64,000 nucleotides of DNA. It comes from Balanoglossus misakiensis. Its lineage: Eukaryota > Animalia > Hemichordata. Below the pieces are notes generated by a model. It searched no databases. It worked only from the letters and a program-made list of their open reading frames with translations, and was not told the DNA's origin. The stretch is taken from positions 94,542 to 158,541 of the forward strand of contig CM082583.2 in the NCBI GenBank assembly GCA_040954595.2. The letters are read 5' to 3'. Positions 37,901 to 52,800 of this stretch are shown in pieces (the first letter of the stretch is position 1; every line of letters begins with the position of its first letter). Position numbers and translations under genes: made by a program.

Positions 37901-40900
37901 GTGTCTTAGTGTACCATACGGTGCAGGTTGTTGTTTGGTCAAATACACAATCCCCTTTTATGGCACACACATTCTTAATAAATTTCCCCAAAATTGTGTC
38001 GTTATTCACTGTTTGATACAGGTTGGAAGAAACCAACTGCAAGCCGATTATGTGTTATGTTATTATGTTCCTCTTCATCTGAAATTTAAAATCACTCACA
38101 TGTCTGACATAAATCGCCGGAGTAACAGCTTGTACAGGAGCATGTGAATTCAGTACACCAATTGGGCGTCAGCACACAGTTTCCACCATTCTGACACTGG
38201 ATGGGTTGACACTGGTTGACAGCTGTGGGATGTGCAGTCAAGATATTGTCAAAATTACAGAATCTACAAACTACACTCCACAGTCATGTACATGTATACA
38301 TGACAACAACCAAAGGGCTGTTTTGAAAAACCAAATGCTGTGAAATCCTTTAGAGTGTGACAAGAAACCACAGTTGCAACCGAAAACAAAAATAGTGATA
38401 ACATTAAGCTAGCCCAAAGTTTGAGTTACCAGGGCTTTAATATGTGTACCGTACTTATATTATATAATACATAACAAGTGTTTTGCATTGAATAAAATAA
38501 TATTGGTTTGTACTTACGCATTGTACATGTGGCACCAGTGAAGCATTCGGTACACATACAGTCAAACAGGAAACAGCCGTCTCGCGCAACGCATGTGCAC
38601 CATTTTGACAAGGCATAGAGTATAACTGATCAATGGCTGCCAAAACAAAAATGAAAGTATCAATTACCTGCTTGTCAAAAACTTGTACATGTACTTGTGA
38701 TGTTCATTTCGCTTAAATATGTGAGCAATGTCTTCATTCCTTGTTTCAAACCTGTACATTTAAAATAACATAATGATGCTATTGCTAGGATTTTTCTGTA
38801 AGAATCTTGAAAAATTAAAAAATGTGCCGTCAACATGATACAGAAGGCTTTCCTTTTTAACGTGCACATCACACTCAATTTTGACCCTACATCAGCAAAT
38901 TTTGAAAGGATGAAACTTAGTAATGCTTCCACCCCATTTATTGGTGTATGGGTCCATCTATCACATTGAGAATACCAAAAATGAGGGTTTATATACCACG
39001 CTGTGTCATAAAACAGTAATTCGACACACCTACGGCACAGATGGCCCCAGTCCAACACTACTGGCAGTAACAGGTGTAGTCAGTATAAGAATTTGGTGTT
39101 TGGGAACAATAGCCTCCATTTTGACACGGATTCTGATCACATGGGTTAATGACTATCAGAAAAAAAATAGTTTAAAAAACATGAAATGCAGATGGCTACA
39201 CCTCAACCAAAGATGATTCCTGCACCACAACAAAATCCTTTGACACAAGCATTATACTGGAACCATACCCAGAACACGCATTAAGTATATGATGAAGGGA
39301 CAATGTCTCTATTTTGGGTAATACAGTAAAACCTGTCTTTATGGACACCTCTCTAATCAGAACACCTAGTAAGATTGATTTTTCAAGCCAAATAGTAAGG
39401 ATAATTAAGGACGTCTCTTTTACTTAATACTCAGATGTGTGCACCACCTTAGGAGAGATTACCTCATATGCACAATTATCTCTACAGACACTAGTCTTCA
39501 AGAGGCAACTCTTGTATATTTGAGTGATGAAAACATCCAGCTTCGTACACTTCCTCACAAGTTCGTGCCTATCCTAAATTGCACGGACATACAAATGAAA
39601 TTTCTGTTTTCTTTTCTCTTGTGGAAATTTTAGAAATGAGAAGTTACCACACAATTCAATTGCCATGAAGAGAAAGTGCCCAAAAGATTGTCATTTACGG
39701 TACGTCAGAAACTTACATATTTCACAACGGTTACCCTCATAGCAACCAGTACAGGCACAGGTATATGCCGTGCAGGAGTTGGCCACTGCATTACATACAG
39801 CCCCGTTGAGACAGCTGTTTCGCTGGTATGGATCTTGGACTGCAATAAAAAGTGCAACCTAATGTTATCTCAGCAATATTTACTTTCAAAATCTGTTTGA
39901 TAAAAACATCATCATTACCATTACTGTAAATACTGAACGGAACTTCACTTCCAAAAACAACTTGCTCATTCTGGGACGCACTTGTGGGGCTATGAAAATC
40001 TCTGTATATGTATCTTGTGTAGGGAAAATTTTCATGAACGATCAACATTTTTTTCTTCAAATAAACATGTTTTCTTTCAGTTGTACATCATTTTTGAGGT
40101 GAACGATTCCCAAGGCCCAAGGTGTGATGCTGAAGATGAAAATATAAAGTATGACCAACAGACAATGTATTGAGACATGATTGTAAATGTTAGTTCCTGC
40201 ATGACAAAATGTTTGTTTTAATGAGTTTTACACTGGCTGCAGTGTGTGCCGGTGAAACATCCTGGACAAGTACACTCATAAGTTGTACACGACAGCCGAG
40301 TACACTGCCCATTGTTCAGGCATGGACTTGGCCTACATGGAGTTTGTTCTGTTTCAATGGAATGAAAATAAATAAATAGTAGTGACATAAGTTTTTAGGG
40401 TATGACCATTTCCTTAATTCCTACAGCTGTGGTTCTATCGGGTTCTCCTATAACTAAGCCTCCTTAATGTATAACTGAACAATAAGAATTACTTATTATA
40501 CTTTTGGGAGTTTAGGACTTAGTAATTGCAAAAAAGACTCAATTCCTGAAAGTGCCTATTTGGTTTGTCACATCCTAAATATACAGGTAATTTCATAGCT
40601 GCCAGCTATGACAAATATACCGGTATGAGGGGGGAAAAACAGTTCCTCGTCTGATAAATTTACCTTGGTCACAGGTGATTCCAATGATACAGCCTTGACA
40701 GCGACAGGTAAACGCACTGCACGATCCACTGATTGGCTCACAGATACCGTTGTTCATGCACGGATTGGGAGAACATTGATCGAGTCCTGGGGGTTGCATG
40801 TAAATCAACCAACAATTGCATATTAACATCACAAGTCATTTCACTATTTTTTCATTCCAAACTTAAAAGATTGCTTGTAACTTGCTGAACAAATATTCAT

Positions 40901-42273
40901 ATGGACAGACTATTCTAGCTTGGAACAGGCAAAATCAAGGGTGCCCTGACGCCCAACTTTTAAGAGCAGTTCATTTACTGAAACTGCCAGCACCCAATAT
41001 TATCCCACATGTAATCAATATGTGGAAATCAAATACATCTGTAACAGTTTTAATTTACCATGTGGGTATTTGCATGGAGGGCCATGGTATTTGTTACCTA
41101 CTGATAAAATACCCTTCAAAACAATATCCTCATTTCTTCAGAAGTTTGGCAACAAGACCAATAAAGTTTCACATCAAAATTTACAATGTATAAATAAGCT
41201 TAAAAGATCTACGGAATGAAGATGGCTTGTTTGTTTGCAGGGTGTCTTGAAAGTATATACTCACTTGTTTGACCATGGACCCTAGAGAAAGAAGGACGCG
41301 CAACTCCATTTTTTTCTTGAAATGATGTTCTTTTGCATACATTATTTCCAGATAAATCCCAATAATCCAATTTGCAAATAAACTGTGTATAAACTAACGC
41401 AAAGTCTCGTGTTTTGTGTGAAGTTATCACAACACCTCAGAACATCTCGCAGAAGACGAGAAAACTGCAACGTGGTTGAACGCAGCGATTATTTATGGAA
41501 CACATCTGGACAAGTTAAACAGGAATTTGAATCTGAGTCTGACAGCGTCCAAAACAAGCATCTTTTGTCTAACAGTCCGGGTATTTCACAAGGCTGTGAG
41601 CTAACCGTACCGAGGGTTGCCTGGCGGCCATAGTGCACACATGATAATCCACCCAGTTTGTTTACAAATTGTTTTCGTGAAATCTGTTTTATTGTTCACG
41701 CACTGCGAAATAAAATGCCCCTAAACCACAATTTTTATTTCAATGCTTCACGCAAACATAAAATTATTACGAAAAGTGTCAGCGTTACTAAGAAATATGA
41801 GTGCCCAGTCGGACATGCAAAAAACATGGATGATTTGTTTACAATTTTTAAATGAAGCTTGTGGCACTAGAAATGACCGTTCAACCGACAGACGAACACC
41901 AAACCATAATAATTAGCACAGACATCGTAATACTTTTAGAATTTTAGAAAAAAACGCAGTGGCTGCTGAAATGCAGTAGTGCCAGTTTGGTGGCAAGTTT
42001 TCGTATCACTGGTGGGGTCGACACGTGCCGAAGTAAGGAAGTCATTGTCCGACTGTCCTGGGTGTTAATTATATACAAAAAAACATCATCATACAGATAA
42101 TCCCCAAACCCTTTGATCTTTGCCGCAGTTGCTCGCCCTTCTTTCTCTAGGGTCTATGGTTTGACAGATGTCACCTGTGTAAGAGTTCACACACTGGCAT
42201 GAATAGAAATTGCACGATGTTTGCTGGCAAAATCCACCATTCATACATGGGTTGGGATCACAGGGGTTTTGCA
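34972..42273 (-). pseudogene. Array of 10 phase-1 EGF-like exons, U3
   Basis: Copy of the U1 array; it retains the exon end deleted in U1 (39717-39839). Confidence 0.88.
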
Positions 42274-43035
42274 CTGGAAATTAAGAAAGGACGCCATTTT
42301 ATTCCTTGCTACTCATTCTACAGTACAGATATGGCAAAAACCTTGCAGAATTATGGCAAGGGTGTGTGGAGTGATTGTGCCTACAACTTATATTAGGCTG
42401 GTATCAAGTTGTTCACACCTCCATAGATCACATGGCAGTGACTGTGAGGCAAGGGCTTCCCTTCATGAAATCAAAGACCTGTGTACTGGAGGAGGGTTCC
42501 TTGCAAATGCTTGACTTGACTTCAAGCACACCTGTAGACTCATATGTAAATTTACACTATCTGGCCTGGAGTGAGAATTTCCATAGTGGATGTGTGTTGA
42601 CAAAAGGCAGTAAAATTGGCCAGTCGCGCATAATGTTTCTTGAACCAAGACAATCAAGACATTATGCGCCACGAAAGTGATTTTGAAGCTCAAGAAGTGC
42701 AGGTGACTGATGTTGACGTACCCCGGTGACGTACATGAAAAGTGAACAGACAGTTTTAAAATTCATCGGCTATTTGTACAAATATCTCAGCTCCTGTACA
42801 TCAAGGAAACATTTCGTAGTGAAACAGTTATATATAACACAAAGTACCAGGGTTCTCTCCCACAGGCCGACTTCTCGTACTGGCCGAGACCGACTTCTCA
42901 TACTGGTTGACTTCTCAGGACACCATGTATAGCTAGCTGTTGAACTCAAAAAATATGTAAAACTACAAGTGATGTAAACAACTTGTGGAACCATGTTCAA
43001 ATCGAGACAAGAAGAAAAGGGATTTCAAGACTTAC

Positions 43036-45677
43036 CTCCTTCAGCACTTTACTGCCCTGTAGCGCACTGTGTGACACTTGTAGTTGTGCATTCATAACCA
43101 GAAGGACGTGGCCGAACCTAGCGAGTATGAACCTATCACAGAAAAAATTCAAAGAACGATTTTTACCACCATGGTTTGGTCCAACGATCCCTTATTAGAG
43201 AGATGTCCGTAATCACAGGTTTTACTGTACAATACCTCTTCAGTGGAATCATTGTGTTTTTCAAAGTGCATCACAATATCAACTCCAATAAGCATAACAG
43301 TTTAATTTTCTGTGTATGCCATGCTATAACACAGGGAAGTCACAAGAGTGATTTGCAGCCCAACTTACCAGTAACTGTTGAACAATCCACTACGGGTGAC
43401 ATGGTTGGACACTTGGATCCCGCTGGACAAGGCGTGCATGTGCCGTCGCCTTCCATAGCATATTCACCATTGCCACAGTCGAGCGGATCTTACATTGGAT
43501 CTGAACACGATTGTCCAGCAGGGCACAGAAGACAGGATGTGCGTGCAGGCTCCTCACTTATTTCATCTGATTAAAGAAAATGAGGTTTTTAGTGATGTAT
43601 TTGTGATACAGTGTCATTTAAAATAACAAATTACTTGAGATGATTCACTTCATAATTCTGAGACAAGTATACAGGCATGTAGAAAATTCTTTGGAGGACA
43701 TTAAACGTCATTTCTAATCAACCATGTTCTGAATATCATAAGACTCTGCGAGATCTCACATGGCTAACCGGGTCTCGCAAGATCTCGCACTGAGTTGATA
43801 ATCTGTTGTAAACACATACATACATACACACACACACATACCCCCAGTCGCACTGACTTGAAAATCTGTTGTAAACACATACATGCATACACACATACCC
43901 CTCAGTTTCATCACACAGCAAACTGAACAAGTACCACAATCTTACCATTTGTAGATCTGGTACAGTTTGTTGCACCAGCCAATGACACGTAACCCTTGGT
44001 ACACTTGAATTGCGATGCACTGGGATCTATGCAGGCGTACCCTTGCTCACAAATAGTACAATGTTCAGCACCAGCTGATCTGTAAATCAAACAGAGAATT
44101 TACACACCAAGTTAACCTTTGAATACCACTGTAAAAATTTGGTGCAAATTTTAATTATTTTCATAAATAGAGGTCTATTCAAATTTGGAAAAATTGTCAT
44201 TTTTTCATTCATATATTATATCAGTAAATTTTAAATACAGAAATAGAAAATGATCCCATCCTATTTTTCAGTTAGTAAATTACCTGACCTAATGTTTGAT
44301 GTTGGAAATAAAGGTGGGTGGGTAGAAGTTTACCTGTTATGCAAGAGGTACAGCGAGACATCCTTTGTCCAAGGCCGAACTGTAATAACCAGCCGAGCAT
44401 AAAATCACAGTGTTACCATTTGGACATTGGTTACCAGCTGGGCAATCAGCACATGATGTTTGTGCTGAAAATAAACAGAGATTTATAGAATCTTATAGTC
44501 ACAGTCATACCTTCAAAGACGTGGGATTCTCACGCGGGTTGGGGAGACAAAAATCCCTGGCAAAAGATTGAGGACAGGAAAATGCCAATCCAGAGATATT
44601 GGTAACAGAAACTGTGTACAGTCAATGCCATACGGCAGTGTGCTGTTCTAACAACAGACAAGATCGTGACGATCATAGTCTGTGTCGGAGATTTGGAAAA
44701 GAGCAAATTTGGTGAAAAGACGGGACAAAACAAAAGTCTACTTATACGATGCACATGAAAACTGGATGAAAGCGAAGCAGTCCACTATTTGAATGCATTG
44801 GATGTAAAATTGGCAGAATATTTGGACTGGACGTAATGTTTGTACGCACAGAATTACGTACATGCACATAAGATGATCGTCCGCCTTAAAGGCACGTAAG
44901 CTGCAACTGGATAAAAAAATTAAAGTTTTAAATAATCTCATATATGCTTTTAATTATGTCTATTAAATGATATTTCATGATAATATATCAAGCTCAACAC
45001 TTATTTATGACACAATGGCCAAAAATTAAAGAAAAAACGAAAATTCCTGCAATTTAAAAAAAAGTGCAATATTGCAATGAAAAATGGAAATCTGATGTCT
45101 CAGTGGTGTACATTTACTTCCATGAGCTCAAGTGGATGAGATCATGTTTTGTTTAAGAAGTTTCACAACCGGAAATGCAACATTTTCATTGTTTCTTGCA
45201 TTTTCCCAGGGTGGCGGCCATAATCGCTTGCGGCAAAGCTTTATTATTTATCTGGTTAAAACTTGCATATGCACTCATATTTAGGGTTTATAATGCTTGT
45301 GTATAGTTCACTGCCTTCATCTGCATGGACTAATGGTAGTGCAGTTTTAAACAAATATTATGAAAATTATCCCAAAAGTTACAGCTTACTTGCCTTTAAG
45401 TGAAAGATTACACAGTAATGCCCAAACTTTAAGTGCTGACTCACCATCTATATTAGTGTAGTATCCATCTTCACACACCTCTGGCTCCGACATACCATCA
45501 TATTGGCACTTATACCCGGGGCAGGACAAGGCGTACAGTCTATACTTCCATTGTTGGCAAAATATCCCAGTCCGCATTGTTTTGGTGATGAGAGGCTGGC
45601 TGTTCCACACATGAAACCCCTGGACACAGCGTGCATGCTTCAGAACATGCTGAACTTTAACTTCCAGCTGCGCAGTC
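43036..45677 (-). pseudogene. CPAG-type Cys-rich repeat exons, U3
   Basis: Copy at offset 34214. Confidence 0.8.
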
Positions 45678-46644
45678 CTGTAGGAGTGAAGACGTCAAAT
45701 ATTAAGGAGGTTTAGGAGCCCTCTAGCCAGCAAACTTCATCAAGGATGTACGTGCAGAACATAAACCGGAAACACTGCGTGTCCGGTCTTTTTCCCATAG
45801 GATTACATTGATAATCGCCAGAAAACAAACTTCTACTATTGTCATTTTCTCGAAATTTTACACATAGCTCAGTCCAGCAAATATAAATTCATTGGTCAAA
45901 TAAAATATAGGGGTCACCGCGCTCTTTTTTGAGATAAATTGCATTAAGAATTTTGGCCATAGACAAACAAACCATTGGTGAAAAATGCTGAGTCAGCAGA
46001 TTTCTTCTATTATCGACCAATTTCATGGCTCTGTATTTCAAAAACAAGCGCGGTGACCCCTATATTTTATTACGGATTTTCATTATACATACAAAAGAGA
46101 ATAAAAAAATCCACAATTAAAAAAAATGACAATACTTTCCATTTTATTGAACGTACATCCTTAATGTTACTTAGGTAGTGGAGCACCAAAACCCAAATTT
46201 TCATATCGATTGTGTATTTTGTGATAAAAGCACCAAACTTGGCTCAGATGTGTGTTAATGTGTACTGAACAAATTCAGATAGCGAGTCACTAAATATCTG
46301 TTGAAGAGTTTCCATGGCAACCAATTTTTTTTCAAAATGGCCACAAATACAGATAATCACACCTGTTAAACATCAAAATAAATTCAGATTACAATATTTG
46401 AAACAAGAAACTACGGAAAGAATGGTTTGCAATAGAACTATGGTTATTAAACTACAAATGTACTTATAAGGGTAACTAAGGGATCAAAATACAGGTGCAA
46501 CTTTCAATCCCTGGTACTCGCATTAGTATAGGTGCTCCCCCTAGTCAAACATTACGGCTAGTTGCGATATTTAACTTGAAGTACGTAAATTACACACACA
46601 CGAATCGCAACAGTTAGCGAGTCACTAAATATCTATTGAAGAGT

Positions 46645-48631
46645 GACTATGCAGTATTCAAGATCCACCCTTTCCACAATACGTGTGAACTTCTACTCTC
46701 TACATGGAATGTCCGCTCAGCTAGATGCAAATCATTAGACATTGCAGACTACATCACAGATAAAGAAATTGATATTCTTGTACTCACTGAAACATGGTTG
46801 AAGGAATCTGGTGACGAACACGTAATGGCTGAATGTACACCACCAGGCTATGCTGTCAAACATCTACCTGGGGTTGGCAAGATCGGTGGAGGCTTAGCTT
46901 AAATTCATAAGCTAGCACTAAAATAAACAGCTTGGAAGCCTATTCTCTCTGTTAAATCTTTTGAGGCAGCGGAAGCAACTATTTTTCACCAGAAACTTTC
47001 CATGAAAATAATTCTTGCCTACCGTCCACCACCATCAGTTAATAATAAATTCACCGCACCACAGTTCATGGAAGAGTTCAGTACAACACTTGAGAAGTAT
47101 GTCACCTGCTCAAGTAATCTCTTCATCGTAGGAGATTTCAATATTCACCTAGAAGATGATAAGAATCCAGTAACACAGAAATTCAATGGAATCATCAGCG
47201 CCTGTAATCTGAAACAATGGGTCCAACAACCAACACACAGAAAGGGTCATACTCTTGATCTCATCTTATCTAACTCTGCGTCTAACATCAAGAGTGTCTC
47301 TGTAGACTGCTTGGAACTCTCTGATCACAATCCTGTCAATGCAAAACTTGCTCTTCCGAAACCAACACACAGTAGACGTCAAATATCTTATCGTCATATC
47401 TGCCATTTCAATTGATAGTTTCAGCCATGATCTCGACAAAATACATCAAATGTCCTAGCCTCCAAATGACCTCTCCTCAGCCATATCAGCTTATAACCAA
47501 CCCGTCAGTCTCCATCTAAAACACGTGTACTTGATCTCATCCCTACAGCACTTGATAAGCAATGTCTTGGTAATCTGCTCACTATCATAGCCACAATTAT
47601 CAATTTGTCACTCAAAACTGGAACTGTTCCTGAATAACTTAAAATAGCAGTCATCACACCAATATACTCAAGAAACCTTCGCTCGACAAAAACATTTTCA
47701 AGAACTATAGACCAGTTTCAAACCTAACCTTCCTGTCAAAAGTAATCGGGAAGATTGTAGCACAACAACTGACATCATATTTGACTACCAACTCACTACA
47801 AGAACCACTGCAGTCAGCGTACCGAAAGGATCACAGTACCGAAACAGCACTTACTAAAGTCAACAACAATATTTGTATGGCACTGGATGCCGGTAAATGT
47901 GTACTCATGGTTCTCCTCGATCTCTCCTCTGTGTTTGATACCATAGATCACGACACAATCATCTCAAGGTTATCAAAACTGGGCATCACCAACATCGCAC
48001 TACAATGGTTCTCATCATATCTTAAGAACAGACAGCAGTTTGTATGGCACAATGTCAGAACCTCAATATCTACAATATGGAGTACCACACGGTTCAGTGC
48101 TTGGCCCACTTTTGTTCTGCAGCTATTTGTCACCACAACATCAATTTTCACCAATATGCCGATGACAACCAACTATACCAATATTTCTTCCAGTTAGACA
48201 CCATAAGTACATTAGACAAGATGGAAAGGGCAGTTCACGAAATAAAAACCTGGATGACACATAATAAACTTCAACTAAATGGTGGCAAACCCGAGGTACT
48301 CCTGATAAGGTCTCAGTTCAACCGCTCGCCTCGTCCCATAAACCACATGAGCATTGGATCATGTTGTGTTCAAATTGTGAATTCTGCACGGAATATAGGT
48401 GTGACATTCGACGACAATTACACTTTCAATAAGCACATTAATGCAATTTGCAAGTCAATTTTCTTCCATCTGCGTCAAATCAGCCACATTCGCCGTTACC
48501 TCACTAAGGAAGTTTGCCAGATGCTGGTTCATGCTCTAATCACATCAAAACTGGACTACTGCAATGCAATACTCTGTGGTTTACCATCATCATGCATTCA
48601 ACCGCTACAGCATGCCCTGAATTCTGCAGCC
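46645..48631 (+). mobile_element. Decayed L2/CR1-group LINE, U3
   Basis: Copy of the U1 element. Confidence 0.93.
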
Positions 48632-49071
48632 ACCATGGCCTCCTTCACAAAAACCTCACCAGACCCCATAATGCCTCCATCTCTTACACCACACCTTATA
48701 CCCACCACAAATCCTAGCCATCACCCAACCTATCATAGCCCAAACAATCCAAACCCAATCAAAATTGACCCTAGCCCCACTTATCAAGCCATCAATGCTC
48801 AACGGCAACCCAAATAACACTTAACTTAAAGATTGGCATAAATCCAAACTCATACCACTGCGACCCCAAATATACAACACAAAGACTCAATCACGAACCA
48901 ATACCTACCATTTGTAGCAAATACACGACCAAAGATTTGATCCCATCTATCATCCATATATCATCAGAAAGTTGGGACGATGAGCAATGGGGCAGAGACT
49001 GATCATCAAAAATTTGAGACAGGGAATTCCAACAAATGAGATCATTAAGTTAAATATGCAAAGCAAATCAG

Positions 49072-49383
49072 TATGTCCAGCTAAAGGCAAGTCATGCAGG
49101 AAGTGTGGCAAACCTAACTATTTTGCCAAATGCTACTGATCAAAAGGCAAGGCAAATAGGGTAGACAAGGATGAAACTGTCAAAGCTGTGCATAAAGTGG
49201 AAGACAGCTCGGGAGATGAATACTGCTTCACTGTACAACAATCAAATGGCAGGAGGCCTCAAGTAACAGTGCAGATAGAACAAACAGCAGTTGCCTCACT
49301 GATCGACCCTGGTTCTACAATAAACATGATGAGTGTAAACACATACAACAACCTAAAGAACAAACCCATGTGGCAAACAGAAA
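49072..49383 (+). mobile_element. Gypsy gag knuckle/protease remnant
   Basis: As above, with a private CGA to TGA change near 49137. Confidence 0.85.
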
Positions 49384-49874
49384 GCCCGTTTTACCACTGT
49401 CAGCAGTGCATTATTGAGTATTTTAGCATCGCTGGATTTAGCTCTCGTCCAATCAGAATTGCGGACGGTAGCATGATATAATATAATTGAGAATAAATCT
49501 CGCGACAAGTGTACAGTTTGACAATGTACACAGATAATCCGTTTCAACAATGTTTCCTTTGTAGTGTGAATAAAACTGCACACTTTGCAAGTTTTCAACT
49601 TCAAAACACTATGGCTATTACAGAGACAAAGCTGCTAATATACAGTGTATACCTGTCATTTTTGTTTGTGGTGAGATTTTCATTGGCACAGTCGCACAAA
49701 GCTCACACAAGAGGAAATTACACTTTCTGTTGAATTCACTGCATCCTGCTAACTTTAAGTCATATATCCAGTGAAACATTAAGTTATAGAATTTTCCATC
49801 GCAGTATTCTGTTTTATATACATGTATAGCAGTCCCACACATATTGATTAATTTGACAAAAGAAACTGACTGAC

Positions 49875-52800
49875 AATTTTCACAGCGCTCCCAGTATAGC
49901 ATCCTTGGCAGGTGCACGTCAATGCCCCACACGAGGTTAGGGTTGGCAAGTGCTGCCATTTTGACATGGGTTGTTAGCACTGATCAATTCCTACGCATGA
50001 CAGAAAAATGAAGAATTAGGCTATGGGCCGGACCTGCCTATCGTTTCAAAATGCACTCTGTATATTAAGGTTTATTTCTTTTACATAAAAACAAGTCTTC
50101 TTGCTCTAATATGATAAAAGAAAAAAAACTTCAACTTAAATATTGCGTCCTCAGAGGTAATATCGAGCCCTAAAAATCAGGTATGCTAATGCGGTTAAAG
50201 GTCGTGCAGTTCTCCTTATAACAAGCGATCTTATTGGTGGTTACGTGACTGCACCAATCACAGAATGCGTTATGTCACTCAGCAATTACACACGCAGGGC
50301 AAACTATCAGGCAGCTACATGTATACTAGTATACATGTTACAGAAGATTAAACAGAATTGTTGGTAAGGAAAGTTTGAGCAGACTAGTCCATTCAATGTA
50401 AAAAATGGTGCTGATTCCAAAAAAGTCAGTCTTATTGACCCCTTTCAAGACAAAATTGCCATTTTTGCCACTTTTAACCCAAAAGGTCATTTAAAAAACA
50501 CTCAAAACACACTGTTTTCATCACATTCGGAGATCTGATGACATTTGAGGATTATGCGGAAACAGTGACACACCAGAATAAAAATTACAGGTGACATTTG
50601 CAAGCAGATATGATCTGACCATATAGAAATATGGAATGTAAAAACATTAACAAGGAACATGCCCAATAAACTGTCATGTGTCATGGCAGTCTTACAAGTG
50701 GTGCTAGAAAAAAAAATGACCAAAAATTGTCTGTACAAACACATATGCGAAGCAACTTCTTTCAGTCAGCCCTGGAACAGACACACACTGACCTGCCACT
50801 GGTAATTAAAATTTGATAGCTGGTGGTCTCTGTAACAGCTGGCCTATTTAAGTTATGTAAACATGTCTTTGTTCGAGGTAACAACTCCTTGTAAATAGTA
50901 ACTTTAAAAACAACTGGACAATTTGTTTAGGAGAAGATTTGCTAACCAAAAACTAGGAAACTTACCAAAAAAACTCGCTAAATATTTAATCTTTCTGATC
51001 TCAGAACTGAATAAAAGTTGCACATATACAGGTATGTGTTATGAAATTATATCCTAAATTTCAAAGCAATCAGAGAAAAAACTAATTTCAAAGCAATCCA
51101 ACAAGCATTTTCACAGAAAATATTTGTTCAAAAGTGGCAAAAACACAAATATGCAAATATCACCAAAATTGTACAATATCTTACTTCAATCACTACAAGG
51201 AACATGCTGCCTAAGTTCAATGCAATAGGACAAGCGGTTTCAGAGAAAACAATTTTTGACAAAAATTGCAAAAGTTTCCCCGATAACACATTTATGCAAA
51301 TATCTTTTTTTTTACAACATATTATTTAGGTTACCCCTACGAACATGCCTACCAAATTGGAAAGCAATCTGGCATGAGGTTTTAAAGAAAAACATTTTTT
51401 GACCAAAAATGGCAAATATTGCTCAAAATTATAGATATGCAAATTTTGCAACAATTTGAACAAAACTATGGTTACTTAGACAACATTAGGAGGCTTCATA
51501 CTAAATTTCAAAGACTTTTCACCAATAACATGGAAAAATACAAAAAAATGCAAAAAAAATAGGAAATCGATAATATTAGCTCAAAACATACAGGATTGTA
51601 TGAGGTTGATATAAGGTACATGCATACCAATTTTCAAATCAATATGACCAGTGGTTGTCCAGTTTTTGAGTTTTGACCAATTTCACATTTTCCCAGCTAA
51701 TTTGCATATTTTTGGCAATGACATCTTCATTTGAACAAACTCCCATCTACAGCCCTGCCTGCATCTACACGCCAAATATCGAGGTCATACGCGCTGCGGT
51801 TTTCAAGTTTTCGATGTGGACGGACATACAGACATACATCCATCCATCCATCCATCCATACATACAGACGTAACCAATCCCATAAGGTCCCATGGTACAT
51901 ACCAATGGGACCTAAAAACTTGCGACTTACATGTAACACATGTTTGCCCAGTGTAGCAGGTTGGACAGTTGCAGGTGTAGATTGAGCAGGAGCCTTGAAG
52001 TGGCTGATACACTCCGTTATTCAGACATGGGTTTAGAAGACACTGGTTGATCGCTAAGGGTGAGAGAAATGAAAAGTATCACATTAGGGTCTTACACACT
52101 TGAGTGGGAAGTGAAATCTGTAGCAGACTGTCAGAAGATTGCACATCCGTGTGATCATGTTCATGTGTGAAGGATAATGAAGACCACTTGATCCAAGCTT
52201 GGTGCTACCATCTTTATCATAATTACAGCATCTTATAATATTTACTAGTTGGGGGTGGGGTGGGGTGGGGGTGGGGGTAGTTGATGTCATAACTTTCTGA
52301 TGTTTCAATTTACGGTTGGAAAAATAGCAACATCTACTCTGATGAGCATTTGAGTCAATGAAAGTATACATCATGGCTACGGTAGTGCATATAAGTCTCT
52401 TGGTTAGCTGCACAATCACAGGCAACTTTATTGAGATAATATCAATGACAAAGCCCAGCGATTTCTACTTTGTGCGGCAAATCTGACACTGGTTTGCTTA
52501 CGTTCAGCGCACGTGGTTCCGATGAAACAGCGCGAACTCTGGCATCTGAACTCGGTGCAGGACACTTGCTGGCAGAATCCACTGTTTAGACAAGGGTTGG
52601 GCTGACACGGATTCAAATCTGTGCACAGAAGAGAAAGTGATATAAATTGTGTACAGTTAATATTTACTACATATACTTTAAACAGATTTGTGCAGTCAGG
52701 GTTGAGTGGTAAAAATCTCAGTTGGTCAACAGAACATCACTGTGACAAATTTCTTCCATGTTCAACAAAAGAAACGTAATGAAATTTTGACACAGGTGTA

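Larger units (their letters stand above)
34169..49071. repeat. Tandem unit U3 (A type, 14,903 bp)
   Basis: Offset to U1 is 34168, then 34214 after a 46-bp U1-private deletion. It shares the A-diagnostic deletions and SNPs with U1. Confidence 0.97.
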